64,000 bases of DNA. Source: Antechinus flavipes (Eukaryota). Positions 1 through 13,029 of the stretch are shown here, one piece after another (the first letter of the stretch is position 1; each line of letters starts with the position of its first letter). Below the pieces are notes generated by a model. That model had not been told where the DNA came from, searched no databases, and saw only the letters and a list, made by a program, of their open reading frames with translations. The DNA lies in NCBI RefSeq assembly GCF_016432865.1, contig NC_067401.1, forward strand, positions 189,782,001 to 189,846,000, in the 5' to 3' direction. The position numbers and the translations under genes were made by a program.

Positions 1-830
1 CCATTTGCTTTTTTATTCCACTAAATCTATTTTTAAGGAGTTTTCTTCAGGTGATTTCTATGTTTCTTTTTCCAAATCATTTTGCAGAGTTCTATTTTCT
101 TTCCCCATTTTTCATCTCTCTTTTAGGATCCTTTTTGAATTCTTTCAAGACACCTTGTGAGATAGGGACAAACTCATATCACTCTTTGGGGCTTTATCTG
201 GAGATGATTTGCTTTTAGTATCCTTGGGGCTTGAGATTTGTTCTTCTCTTTCTCCATAAAAACTATCTATGGTCAAAGTTCTTTTTGCTTTTTTGCTCAT
301 TTTTTTAAAAGATTGAAGTCTGCTTTTAGAGCAAAGGGGACATTGTCCAAGCTTCTTCTACAGGTGATAGTGCCTACACTGGGGTTGGTGCTACCTAACT
401 TCCAGTTCTATGTGGGCAAGGCCAAATCCTGTGTTATTCTGGGGTTCAGGGGCTCACTATTTGCCTTTTCTATTTGTGTCGGATGTCTTACAGTTAATCT
501 GCTGATCTGCTGGCTTTCAACCAAAACAGAGCAGCCAATACTGCTGTAGACCCCTCCCATTATATCCCCTGGCCCTAGGTCCCCACCACCAAGGATCTCT
601 GCACTGTGCTTGTGCTTGGTCAGCTTCCTCTGATTGAAACGGATCTTTTCTGAATTTCTTCCAAAATATCTTCTCCTAGAAATTTGTTACACTCCAAATA
701 TCTGTAGGTTCTGTCACTTCAAAACCAATTTAGAGGCTCGATCTTGTGTTGGTCTGAGGGACATCAAGGAGAGTTCAGGTAAGACATGTCTCCTCTCCAT
801 CATATTAGCTTTGCTCCCAGGGGAGAGAAA
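1..830 (-). mobile_element. LINE-1 5' end (5'UTR and start of ORF1 region), body runs off the left edge
   Basis: 630-826 aligns by eye with the L1 5'UTR copy at 21770-21935. 1-240 resembles marsupial L1 ORF1-region sequence in antisense. Boundaries approximate. Confidence 0.7.
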
Positions 831-3800
831 TTAAGTTCAACTTCATTTGATCTGTAGTGAGTTCTAAACTATTTGTTTAAGTAAGTGATCCTTATACATC
901 AAACTCCATTCCTATCTCATTCTTTGCCTTTGGAAATCTTCTGAATCATGCTTCTAGCACAGGGAGTGTCTGATGGACACTCACCAAGATCAGAATCAAA
1001 AATGACTCATGGAAGAAAGAAGAGAGCTAAGACATTAATGTGGCTATTCATCACCCTTACTATATGGTATCACTTGTGGAAACTTGCAGGCATTTTTTGG
1101 AAGATAACCAGCAATTTCTCAGAGAGTCAAGTTCCCTGCCCTGGAGGAAGAACTTTTTATCTGTTATGAAATGATCCTCCTTCCTTTTCTCCTCTGCTGG
1201 CATATTTTTCTCTTCTCTAACCTCTCAACTTCCACTTTTCCACATATTTTTCCCCCTTTTTTTTTTTTAAATCTTGAAATTCATCTTTCATTTCTGATGA
1301 ATGTAAGCATGAATTCCAATCACCCTGGAGATAGAGACACTTCCCCAAAACTCACCAGCATTGATGTGGCATTTTGTCACAGTAGTTCTATGACAGATTT
1401 GACCACAAGATCAACAAACAAGAATGAAAGATGAATGAAGATAGAAAAAGCATTATGGCCTGGTTCTTCGCCATGGGTTGAGCTTTTATATTCTACAGGA
1501 TGAATTGGGAGGAAGGTATAAAAGGAAAGAAAGAAGAAAAAGAGGAAGGGAAGAAAGAAACAGGCATAAATAGTGTTTACTATGTGCCAGGCCCTCTGCT
1601 AAGCTCTAAGGATATAAAATGGAAGCAAAAAGATAGGCAATCTTTTGAACCATTTTAGAAAATAGAGGCTCCAGGAGAAGCTTACCAATGAGACAAGTAG
1701 GGCAAGTCTCATGAAGGGCTGTAAAGAGCAGGTTGGAAGGCTCCAAGGATGATTGGCTTCTCTAGGGCTAGAAAGCCCCAGGTGATGAAGGAAGTTCCAA
1801 GTGGAGCCAGCAGTAGAGAGGACATCGTGTTGAAATGCAGAAAAAGTCAAGAACAGGGCCAAGAAGGGAATTAATGAATCAGAATTCTATTTTTTTCAAT
1901 TCTCTAAGTTCCATTATGGGATTTTTTTTCTTATTCAAATTCTTTGTTACAAAAGATTGCTCTTTGAGTCAGGAAGTAGGGAGAGATATATTTGAAAATG
2001 AAGATGTTATAAACAAGGCAGGGATTAAGAAAGAAATATGAGGAAATGTCAGATGAGGAAATTCCCTATAGCAATATAAAACAGCATTCTTTCTGCAACT
2101 GTTAGAGAGTTCTCTAGGCACTAAGAGGTTGTAACTTTCCCAAGTTACATAGCTAGTTTGTGTCAGAGGAAGGACATGAATCTTGACCTTTTGAGTTCTG
2201 AGACTAGCTTTCCTTGTGCCATACTATTTCAGTGGAAAAACAAATAATATAAATTTTTTTTTAAGTTTTGTAAGTTCCAAATTATATAATTTAAATTATT
2301 GGTACCTGAATATTTATGCTTCTTGTTCTACTCTCTTATCTCGTTATGCATTATTTACTCTATTACAAAATCAAAATGACAGCCTAACATAGTAGATAGG
2401 AAGCTAGTTTTGGAGATGGATAATGACATAGCTTTAAATCCCTCCTCTGATTCTTAGCTCTATGACCATGACCAATTCAATTAGCCTTGGCAAATAATTG
2501 AATCTGTGTGTTTCATTTTTCTCATTCATAAAATGAATTGAGATCCAGTCTCAGGGATACCTATGCAAGTATATTTTCTTACTGCCACATTTTTATAACT
2601 GCCATAGATGATGGGAGAAGGAGAAGAAATCATGGAAATATAAAGGAATATTAACTAGGTTCCTCACGACCACCAAAAAAGAGAGGCCTTTTCAAAAAAG
2701 ACTGCAGCCTCTAGTTGCAGAGAACATGAGGACCAACCAAGATCTTCTTATATATGACCTTAGGTAGGATCTAAAACATGTGTCCCTCCTCACAGAGCCA
2801 AAGTTAATATGTCCAACTCTGTGGGGAAGTACAGCTCTTGCTATATCAGCAATTCAGCTCTGTCCTTCTCAGCAGCACTCATTCAATTCAACCAACATTT
2901 ATTTAGTTAGTTTTCAACCAACATTTATTAAACATTTGCTTTGTACAAGGAACTGTACTGATAGATTTTTCTGAAAGTCTAGCTTCCAATCTCTTGCAAC
3001 ATTGTCCCAAAGTTTCTCAATTCCTTATTCTTTTCACCCCCACCCTTTTCTTTCTCCTGTTCCTTCAATCCTCATTACTTTCTCTACCAATGTTTTTCAA
3101 GTTCTCATTCTTTTCTGCCCAGCCCTCCAGTACTCTCCTTTCATTGCTCACTTCTAAAGGAAGAAAGATTTCATCTTTGTATCAATGTAAAAATGGAAGG
3201 AGATGGGGATGTGAAATAAGAGGTCTAGAAATTAAGTTCTGTTTTGAAAATACTAATCTTCAAGTCTCTAGTATACAAAATCAGTTTAAGGTGAAAAGGG
3301 ACGTTAATTACAAATTATAGATCATATCCAATCCCTTCATTTGACAGACAAGAAAACTGAAACCAAGAAAGGTCAAATGACTTGAAAACACAAAGAAAAT
3401 TATTGGTGGAGTTGGAATTAGTCTCCTCACAATAGGGCTTATATATAAGCTATTCATTACCATAGTGACCTCTTAAAGTAGTTTTGAGCTCTTTCCTATT
3501 ACAAAGTGTCCTTGTTATATTTTTCAAAACTCACATTCTCCTTCTTGCTTCTAATGCCTTCTCCATTCATATTATTTTCTGTCTATACTACATAGTAAGC
3601 ATGTTCTTGCTCATTCTAGGAAAGCTACATATTGCCCTCAGAGTTCTAATGTACCCCAGGGACTTGGGACATCTTTCTTCTGTAATGTCATTGACTCAAG
3701 CCCCTACCAGTTATGCTCTGCTTATTTTTTAAAGAACAGTAAGTAGTGAATTTGACACTCTAAAAAGGTAGCTTTTACATAGAAATAGGGCAGCTAGTCT

Positions 3801-3910
3801 TGGGGAGGGAGAGAAAAAAATTAGAACACAATATTTTGCGAAAGTGAATGTTGAAAATTATCTTTCCATGTATTTGAAAAAATTAAAGTGCTATTAAAAA
3901 AAGAGAAATA

Positions 3911-4135
3911 GGGCAGTTAAATGGCACAGTGGATAGAGCATTGAACCTAGAGTCAAGATCACCTAAGTTCAGATCTGCTCTCAGATAGCTATATTATCCT
4001 GGGTAAGTCACTTAACCCTGTTTGCCTCAGTTTCTTCATCCGTACAATGAACTAGAGAAGGAAATGTCAAATGATTCCAGTATCTTTGCCAAGAAAACCC
4101 CAAATGGAGTCATGAAGATTCATACACTGAAATAG
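3911..4135 (+). mobile_element. Marsupial CORE/tRNA-derived SINE (MAR1/WALLSI-like)
   Basis: Head GGGCAGTTAAATGGCACAGTGGATAGAGC, B-box-like AAGTTCAGATC, core GCCTCAGTTTCTTCATC, and tail GAGAAGGAAATG...CCAGTATCTTTGCCAAGAAAACCCCAAATGG. Confidence 0.8.
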
Positions 4136-4537
4136 TTACTTCAAAAATTTAGCAACAACAAACATTTCTCCCCTACACCACCTTAGTCTCTGGGAGAATA
4201 AGCTTGAAATTTAGCATTTATTATGCCAAATTCCAGATGTGGTACAATTACCTCATGAATTTTTCCATTTGCAAAGGTCTCAAAGGTTGTCCCAAAAATC
4301 ATTTTTTACTCCCTGAGGCATTGATACTATTCTGGTTGAGAAGATCAGAATGGATTCTGACCCCTGAATTTTTGTGACTTATTCTCTCTATTTTTCAAAA
4401 CCCCTAAGGTCAGAGATTCCACTCCCTTCAATGGATGCCATGAGCGCATGCGCTAGTATTAGTCACTGAGATTCTTAAAGTGGAAAAGGCAAAAAGAAAT
4501 TATGGCTAAAACTAATAGATCTTTTTCAATTGCTCTA

Positions 4538-5620
4538 TGAATGGGATAAACTGAGTGAAAACCTCTCATAAGAGTATGGCATTGATTTATGCCTTAATTT
4601 TAATTTGAGATTTTACAGTAATAGGTTGAGCTATAGCTAAAAGCTGCAGGTGTTCAATTATCATAGATAAACAAACATTTCCCTCTTGTCTTCTTCCCCT
4701 TTTCTCCGCCCTCCTTCCCTCCCCCTCCCCCCCTTTTCAATAGCATTTAAATACCTAATAGGTAAAGTGTGTTTTGGAGTCAATATTTAGTCTCTGGGTA
4801 AATTAGAGCTCTCCAGCCAATGGGAGAAAAAGTCAGGAGGGGTGGGGGCTTATACATTAATGATGTGGTACTAGTGATGTGAGAATTGAGATGGGGAATC
4901 CCCTCTGGTCATTGCAGGTCCAATTTGAAAGAATTAAAAAACCTGAAAATCTGAGGCAAAAGGGAATTTTATTGGCACCAAGAAGCCAGCTTTGCCAGGA
5001 AGACAGACTTCTTAGTGGCAAGTTCCTGTCAGGGAACATGGCAAAGGTTAACACTGAGAAGAGAATATCTTCACAGTGGGCAAGAGTTCTGGCAGGCAGC
5101 TGTGCCAAGAAGAGAGGTTCCTTGGCAAAGCATAATCCTGTTTCAGACTTCTGCAGAGATTTGAAGTTCAGAATTGTCTTTTATTAGCAGTTTGAGGCTT
5201 GGCTTCCAGTCAAAATTGAATGAAAATCTCTCAGTGTTGTCACTGCCCTGGGGCCTAGATTTCCAGTTGAAAAGAGATTGCTTGGAATTTTAATTCAATT
5301 GATTCAATTATTCAATAGGAATATCAGATCCAGACCTCCAACTGAATGAGACCACTTAATTGAGAGTTGGAGCTACTGAGAGTGGTCCCAGACTAATAGT
5401 CAACTCAATAGAGGGTGCAATCACATCTCTGGCCAGATAACTTGGAAGGTATGCTTTTCCTAGGGGAGAGCCTGAGACCCCAATCTCCCTCTTACAGATT
5501 AAAGAGGACTCACCCCCATCATTAGGGTCTATATAATCTTGTGTTTGCAACTTGTGCTTTGCACTCTTCTACTGACCTTATTTGTTGGGAGTTGCCCTTT
5601 CTCCTGAGATTGTAATAAGT

Positions 5621-5654
<34 letters not shown>

Positions 5655-5708
5655 TTTTTACCTTGAGAGTCTCTGATATTAATTTAGGGAGGGGGGCACT
5701 GTCCCACA
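4538..5708 (+). repeat. 5' LTR of outer ERV, split by a solo-LTR insertion
   Basis: 4538-4860 and 5522-5708 together align with 17325-17697. Confidence 0.8.
4861..5521 (+). mobile_element. Solo LTR inserted in the outer ERV 5' LTR
   Basis: Inverted termini TGATG...CATCA, ATTAAA near the 3' end, 4-bp flanks TTAA/TTAG (TSD with one mismatch; the uninterrupted 3' LTR reads CATTAGGGTC). Confidence 0.7.
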
Positions 5709-5877
5709 TAGTTTTGAAGGCTTGTTCTAGGATATTTCCTGTTCATGAGGGGGTCTCTCCCATATTGAATCTTTGGGCAGGTGTCTTCTGGGAGATTTCT
5801 CCAAGGTCCTTGTACTTCACTTGGGAACTCCCACTTTGATCAGGTAAATTCCTAAGGAGAGAAAGCTTCTACATTAG

Positions 5878-6632
5878 TGATGTGGTGCTAGTGATGTGAG
5901 AATTGAGATGGGGAATCCCCTCTGGTCAGTGCAGAAAGCAAAACTGGAAATAGGCTAGTAAAAATAGAGGATTAATTTGCTCAGGAGATAAAGCAGCTGA
6001 GAAATTTGAAATCCATCAGGTAAATTGTGCACAATCTAGACAGGGCAAGAAACTGGTGAGGAGGGGAGAGATTCTGAAGTAGTTAGAGCTGGAAAGAGGA
6101 CTTTCTCTTTGACAAGAACTGGGGAATCACCTGAGTGACTGGGATTGGTATTGGAGGTTTTTAAGCAGTTAGAGTTTGTAAAAGGCTCCCATTTCCCTTT
6201 ACTATTGAGAAATTCTAAGCAGTTAGAATTTGTATGGGTTCTCCCATTTTCCTTTGGTAAGATTGGGTGAATCCTTCATCAAAGAGGACAAGATACTGTG
6301 AACCATGGAAAAATGATGTAATAAGACTCTGTGATTCCCTGATCTTTGAGGGAGGGGAGGTCCTAGGTCAGAAAACCCTGAATTTACTGGTTCTGATTTA
6401 CAACCCCCTCCCCACCCTTTTCACCTGGCCTTGGGGAAACTCCTAAAATAATTCCTACCTTCAATTCACTTAGAGATCACTCTTTAGTTTCTGTCCTCTG
6501 GAATAATCACTACCCATAACTGACCTGGAGATTACTTCCTCAATTCATCTGGTGATCATTCCCAATCCCAGGCCATAGAAGGCTAAATAAAATTGAATTC
6601 TGTCTCCCAAATCTTTGCTAACTTCCTAATCA
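5878..6632 (+). mobile_element. Second LTR-like element sharing its first ~55 bp with 4861-5521
   Basis: Starts TGATGTGGTGCTAGTGATGTGAGAATTGAGATGGGGAATCCCCTCTGGTC. AATAAA near 6586. The 3' end (…CTAATCA) is tentative and no TSD was found. Confidence 0.5.
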
Positions 6633-7065
6633 GGAACTAGCCCACTGAGAACTACTCAATGACAATAACCCCCCCTTTTTTTTGCCAGCTTCAATTTGCA
6701 GACTGAGACTGTGAATTCTTTCAAGAAACCTACTACACTGGCCTGGAGACCCAAGCTGTTAGGATGTCTCACTCCTCAACAAAAGGAACAATCTAAGATA
6801 ACTGGTTCTAAAAACTTATCTAGTGTCCCAAGAAGATAGACCTTTAGGAAGAATTGGGATGAAATACCGAAATTTATAGAGATTAAATGCTATTGTATTG
6901 TGTCCCATTTGGAGGAACTGTTACACACACAAGGGCTGGGTGTAAATTCAAAAGAGCCTTTAATACCCAGCTTGCTGACTCCAATGGCTGCAGCTCCAGA
7001 ATGCCCTTCCTCCAACCCCAGGAGGGGTCAAGAAAGGGAGCTTGATTGATTTAGAAAAGGGGTAT

Positions 7066-7080
7066 GAGAGAGAGAGAGAG

Positions 7081-7119
<39 letters not shown>

Positions 7120-7120
7120 G
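7066..7120. repeat. Compound microsatellite (GA)n(GT)n
   Basis: Read directly from the sequence. Confidence 0.95.
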
Positions 7121-8346
7121 ACAGAGACTGAAAGAGCTTGTGTTGTATCTTCTGTTTCTTTCAGTCAGAATTACAAAGGAAAAAATCTGGCTATTTGGAA
7201 TTATGCAAATAGTTTTTAGCTAGAGAGAGGAAGTAGTAGTTTTGAGCTAGGAAAAGTTTTTAAAACCAAAAAGAAAAAGAAAAAAACCTGACATGTTTCT
7301 GTGGTCCTATAACTGGCCAATTTGGATCTGCAAAAATAATTAAGGTAATAGAACTGCTAAAGCATTTTTAGCAGATTCTGGGGGGTTTTGAGATTAATTA
7401 TTGATTGGCCCCATCAATCAACTAATTTGAGTTAGTCTATTATATTTTTAAGTAGGACTAATTTACATGGCTAAAAGCTTTCGGAGGGTCTGAACCTGAG
7501 GCTTACAAAAAACTGCTCTCTCCGGGATTTTCCAGGCTTCTTTCCCTTAGAGAGGTTTGTGAAATCTGCCATTGCTAGGCTGGCTTCCCTCACTGGCATC
7601 AATTTTCCTGAGGTTCGTGCTGGTGCCCCAACATCTTCAACATGGTTCCTCAGCCTTTCTGGCAAGGAGGGTGAGTTAGTCATTGGGCTACAAAACAGTT
7701 GGATACCTGAATCCAAATTTTTCCAACCCTTTACCTCAGGGTCCTAAAGTCCACCAGTCTCTTAGCAACCTTTTTGTATGTTTCCCTCCCTTGTAGATAG
7801 ACTTGAAAGGGCAGTTTTTTACCATCCTAAATTTTGGGTGTTTAAATTGGGATTCTGATTCTGAAATTATGAGATAATTACTATTAACTAGTGCCTGGTA
7901 AAATTGTGAACTTGTTGATACCGGTGTAAGATTTTGGGAATATGTGTGCATTAATACTTCAGTATTGTGTTGCTATAAGAACTTTAAATTTGTATTTGAT
8001 TTGATCTTAAGTTAAAAAAAATAATATGAGGTGTACTTTAACATTTTGTCAGCCCTGCTGGATATGGGGTATAAATTTTGTGAAATTTGGCCCAAAGTTA
8101 TTTACATATTACCTTTATTATAAATCTTAAGGTTTATCTTGCTTTCTCCCTTTAACAAAGAAGTAAAAGCAAGAAAATTTGTTGTCTAGGAATATGTGTA
8201 ATTGTGAAACAAATTATATTTGAAAGCTATGTAATATGTCTAAAGATAAATAAGATGTTGAGAGATAAAGCACCCCAATAATGTTAGGGATCCCCATGTC
8301 CAGGGGTCTGTGATACTTACAGACATGGCAAAAGAATTTGCAAACT

Positions 8347-8492
8347 AGGGGCAGCTAGGTGATACAGTGGATAGAGCATCAGTCCTGAAGTTAGGAGGAC
8401 TTGAGTTCAAATCTGGCCTCAGACACTTAACACTTCCTAGCTATGTGATCCTGGGCAAGTCACAAATTGCCTTAGCAAAAAAAAAAAAACAA
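8347..8492 (+). mobile_element. WSINE1-like SINE with poly(A) tail
   Basis: GGGGCAGCTAGGTGATACAGTGGATAGAGC head, GAGTTCAAATC B-box, A-tail. Perfect 17-bp TSD AAAAGAATTTGCAAACT (8330-8346 / 8493-8509). Confidence 0.92.
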
Positions 8493-9330
8493 AAAAGAAT
8501 TTGCAAACTCAGTTTGTCTCCAAGTTAAGGGACAAACATTTATTACGCTGACAACTGTAATATCCCGGCTAACTTTCTGGAGGATCGCAGGACCAGCCTT
8601 GGTCTTAGTGGAAGAGTGAAGTAGGCAGGAGAACCAGCAGGAGGATGGTCAAAGATGGAGTGTCTCTATATCCAGTCCTCTCTCAGCCCTTAAATAATTC
8701 AGTATGACTACATCATTACAGCACACTAAGTATGTGTGAACTAGAGAAACATCATCTCATTAATCACACTGAGTAAGCACCCTGCTGTAAGTATCTTTGC
8801 TTCAGGTATACTTTTCTCAGTTCCCCAATATCTTTGGTCCTCTACATCTCCCGCTTTCTTTTGTTTTAGAACACAGATGGTCATGCTCTCTCTGACTTCT
8901 CAGGAAGGGAGGTGAAAACACCAAAAAGGAAATGGGAAGTCAAACCAGATATTGTTAGCAGGTTTCCTCTGAGCTGAAGGGTAATCGAAATAGGTATACA
9001 TAAATCCATCAGCATGGGAGGTTTTACACAAGCACATAGTAATATAATACAGGCTAGTGGTGACATAAAAAACATGAATCAATATAGTGATACAACAAAC
9101 AATACGAATATACATGTCCATAAGTCTTAAAAGGAGGATATATGAATAACAATCACATGTACACTTTCAGCAGCCAAGAGATAGCCCAAAACCAATCTAT
9201 TTTCCATTACTTCATGTGTCAGGGAATCCAGTGATTCCTGCAGATTTTGAAGTCCTGTAACAGTCTCATTAACAATTTTTGATGTTCATGAGTCAATTGC
9301 CATATTCATTGGGTTAACAGCCATGCTTTT

Positions 9331-12300
9331 TCAGTGGCACATGTAGTCAGAGATGGAATCATCTGATGTTTCTTGGGTCTTTTTCTTTGTTTCAAGGGTC
9401 TTCATCTCTTTCCAATGGACAAAGTAAATATGGCTCGTTGGCACCCATCTGATTCCTTCTCCATCTATAGAAATACAAGCAAACCCTCTCCCCCAAGCAA
9501 TTAACCTGTTTGGTTCCTTCCATTCATCACTTTCTGGATCTCTCCACATCACCTGACAATTATCTAAAGATAGTGGAGATGCTCGCACTGGGCACTCCTC
9601 TTCCAGTGAGTTATAAAACCTGTCTGCTGGATGCAGTGTATATCAAAAATAAAAAAAAAAGTGTAAAGAGCTAAATTTAAAAATTCTCTAGGGTTACCTG
9701 TGGCTCCCCCTTTCTTTTGTTTTTGGAGGAGCATCTTGATGTCTCTGTTTCTCCTCTATTACTATTGCCTGTCCTTGAGGATTACAAGATATGCCAATGG
9801 TGTGTAAAATCTGATACTGTGCACAAAAGTGTGCAAAATGTTTAGAAGTATATGCAGGTCCATTATCAGGTTTTATTGCTTGTGGTGCAGCCATAATTGC
9901 AAAAGCTTATATAAGGAATTCAGTGCCCCCTCCGGCTGTCTCTTTTGCTGCTGGTATTGCAAAAGTAAATCTTGAAAAGGTATCTACTACAACATGGATA
10001 AAAGACAGACGACCAAAAAATTTATAATGGGTCACATCCATTTGCCAAATTTCATTGGATCTCAAACCACAAGGGTTCTTCCCTGGAGGGAGTGTAGGAG
10101 TGTAGAAAGGAAGGCAAGCTGTACAGATTTTTACTATGCTCCTAGCTTCCTCTTTTGTTATCCCAAACTGCAAACATAAAGCTTGAGCAGCCTGATGTTA
10201 TTTATTTATTTATTTTATAGAGCAAAAAGTATTTTTATTTTTATTTTCTTTCTTTCTTTCTTTCTTTATTTTTTTTAGCCTGATGATATTTAGACTGAGA
10301 TTCTTGTGCTGCTTGAAACAAAAAAGTATTGGCTAACATGGTTAGAAGGCGATTTGCCTTTGAATTTCCATAAAAAATAGGACCTGGAAGTCCACTCTGT
10401 TAGAGAATGAACATGCAGGAAAGATATAAATCTTACCTGGATGCTTTCTCACTTGCTCTTGAAGTTCCTTAAAGAGCTGATATATATTAGAAGCTACAAA
10501 TTTTATTTGGGCTGTGACAATTCTTTGTACCACACCTACTGAATATGCTGAATCAGATATTATATTTAAACCTCCTAGATATTAAGAGCTAGCATGCTTA
10601 CATACAATTCATTTTGCTGAGTGGACTGAAAAGTTCTGACTACTTTCTTTATAGTTAAGTCATGAGAGTTTACAACACAAATGTTATGTTTGGATGCATC
10701 TCTAAAGATAAGTTGGTCCTTAAAGGTTTAACCTTAGAAACCTTTTCTTCAAAAATCCATTGCCAATTATGTAATAGCCAGGATATCTTTAATGAAGACC
10801 CGTGTGTAGAATTTGGAGCTGTGTCCAATAAAATTTGCCACTCTGGGATGGTTTCACAGCATACATTAATTTGTTCATTGGTTACAGAGAGGCTTGGAGA
10901 GACTTACATGAACTGATGCTAAGTGAAATGAGCAGAACCAGGAGATCATTATACACTTCAACAACAATATGAGGATGTATTCTGATGGAAGTGGATTTCT
11001 TTGACAAAGAGACCTAACTCAGTTTCAATTGATAAATGATGGACAGAAGCAACTATACCCAAAGAAAAGACACTGGGAAATGAATGTAAACTATTTGCAT
11101 TTTTGTTTTTCTTCCTGGGTTATTTTTACCTTCTGAATTCAATTCTCCCTGTGCAATAAGAGAACTATTCGGTTCTACAAACATATTTATATCTAGGATA
11201 TACTGCAACATATTTAACATACATAGGATTGCTTGCCATCTAGGGGAGGGGGTGGAGGGAGGGAGGGGAAAAATTGGAACAGAAGCGAGTGCAAGGGATA
11301 ATGTTGTTACCCTGGCATGGGTTCTGTCAATAAAAAGTTATTATAAAATAAAATAAAATAAATTGTTAATTGGTATAAAAGGTGTATATCTTGTCAGGAT
11401 TTATCCCGATAATTGTACTACTGGCTTAATGGCCTTTAATAAGATTATAGCCACAAGCACTGGGTAAGGAGTAAGGCTTTGTTCCAGTTTTGCTGGGAGG
11501 TTAACCTATTTTATCACACTGTGTCCTTGATGAAGGACTGCTGTGGATGCCTCTTTTGTAGCAAAAACTGATATTTCCAAGGGTTTCTGAGTAACTCTTT
11601 CAACCACATTGGATAAAGCCAGTTCAACTTCTCTCAAAGCCTCTTCAGCTTCTTTTGCAACCTGGCATGGTGAGTTTTAAGCACTATCTCCCCTTAAAAT
11701 GTCATATAATGATTGTAATTGATAGGTAGTTAGGGCCTAATGCTGGACACATCCATTGGATATCTCCTACCAATTTCTGAACGTCATTTAAGGTATTCAA
11801 CTTCTCTGTTCTTAAAGAAAGCTTTTGTACTGTAAGCATCTTAGGATATACTTCATATCCTAAATATTGAAAAGGAGCGTGCCTTTGAATTTTTTCTGGA
11901 GCTATATGCAATTTGGAATTCCTTAGTGTTTCTATGGTCTTTTGTAGACATGCTTCTAACATTTGCTTCTCAGGTGCACACCCCAAAGTATTGTCCATAT
12001 AATGTAATAATATAACTTTTGGAAATGTTTTTCTTACTGGAGTAAGAGCAGCAGCAACATACATTTGACACAGAGTAGGGCTATTTTTCATTCCCTGTGG
12101 CAAAACTGTCCATTCATATCTTTTATAAGGCTCACTAAATTAGTGCTGGGTACTGAAAAGGCAAATCTTTTCATATCCTCCTTATCTAGAGGGATAGAAT
12201 AGAAACACTCCTTAATGTCTATAACCCAAAGAGGCTATTCTCTAGGCAACTGAGTAGAAGATGGAAGTCCAGGCTGAAGAGTTCCCGTAGTTTCCATCTG

Positions 12301-12390
12301 TTCATTTACTTTTCTTAAATCAGTCAACATCCTCAATTTTCTAGATTTCTTTTTTTCAACAAATATAAGGGAATTCTCAGGACTTACAGA
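9331..12390 (-). pseudogene. ERV pol remnant (RT, RNase H, integrase)
   Basis: RT motifs LTDLRKVN, IDIKECFYSIPL, LPQGMKNSPTLCQ and YMDN (YMDD mutated). IN motifs WQMDVTH, VDTFS, DNGPAYTS, NPQGQAIV. Interrupted by an L1 fragment and an A-rich insert. Confidence 0.93.
10883..11359 (+). mobile_element. 5'-truncated LINE-1 (end of ORF2 plus 3'UTR) inserted in ERV pol
   Basis: GAGAGACTTACATGAACTGATGCTAAGTGAAATGAGCAGAACC, G-rich 3'UTR, AATAAA and A-rich tail. 15-bp TSD with 2 mismatches: AATTTGTTCATTGGT (10868-10882) / AAATTGTTAATTGGT (11360-11374). Confidence 0.9.
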
Positions 12391-12399
12391 AGGTTATAA

Positions 12400-13000
12400 G
12401 GTTGTAATATCCATCTCAAAGGAGTAGCACTAATTTCAGCTGCTATTGATCCTCCTATGCCAGACATAAAGATGTCTGCCTTAATTTTTGGCCAATGACT
12501 TGGCCAGCTGGCATCTCTAGTCTGTACAATCTGCACCTGTGTCTACTAACCCTTCCAATGGTATGCCATTTACATAGATAGTGAGCATAGGACGATCAGC
12601 TCTAACAGTTGCAATCCAGAATATTCCTAGATTCTGTTGCTTGGAGAGAAAAATCTGAATAAATATCATCAGATTGCCTATCAGGAGTGTGTATCAGTAA
12701 ACCTGATGCTACTGCTTCTCCTGGATGATGTCACACATTGTCTACCTGTATTAGTGACTTGGATATTAGCTACACATTCCCCAGTTTTCCAAATCAGTGT
12801 ATGATACTGTTTTGTAAGCACTCAGGAGGTAAAATGGTCAAGCCTACTGTGCCTGGAGGCAAAGGATCTATAGGCCAGACAGGGACAGATTTCACCTCTC
12901 CAGGGGATATCTCAGTAGTCCCAGCTGCATACAACTCTATTCTCCCCAACTGTAATCTCTTTCTCCCATCAGATTGCGTCTTAGCTGATTAATCATGTCA
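12400..13000 (-). pseudogene. ERV dUTPase-like plus aspartic protease remnant
   Basis: ELYAAGTTEISPGEVKSVPVWPIDPLPPGTVGLTIL (dUTPase-like N-terminal motif) and LVDTGAD active-site motif near 12529-12550. Confidence 0.75.
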
Positions 13001-13029
13001 GAGTACTGAACTTCTACAGACTTTCTGGG

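Noticed and set aside
3911-3990. tRNA-like A/B boxes here and in other SINE heads
   Set aside because: They continue into SINE core and tail sequence, with no cloverleaf; these are not tRNA genes.
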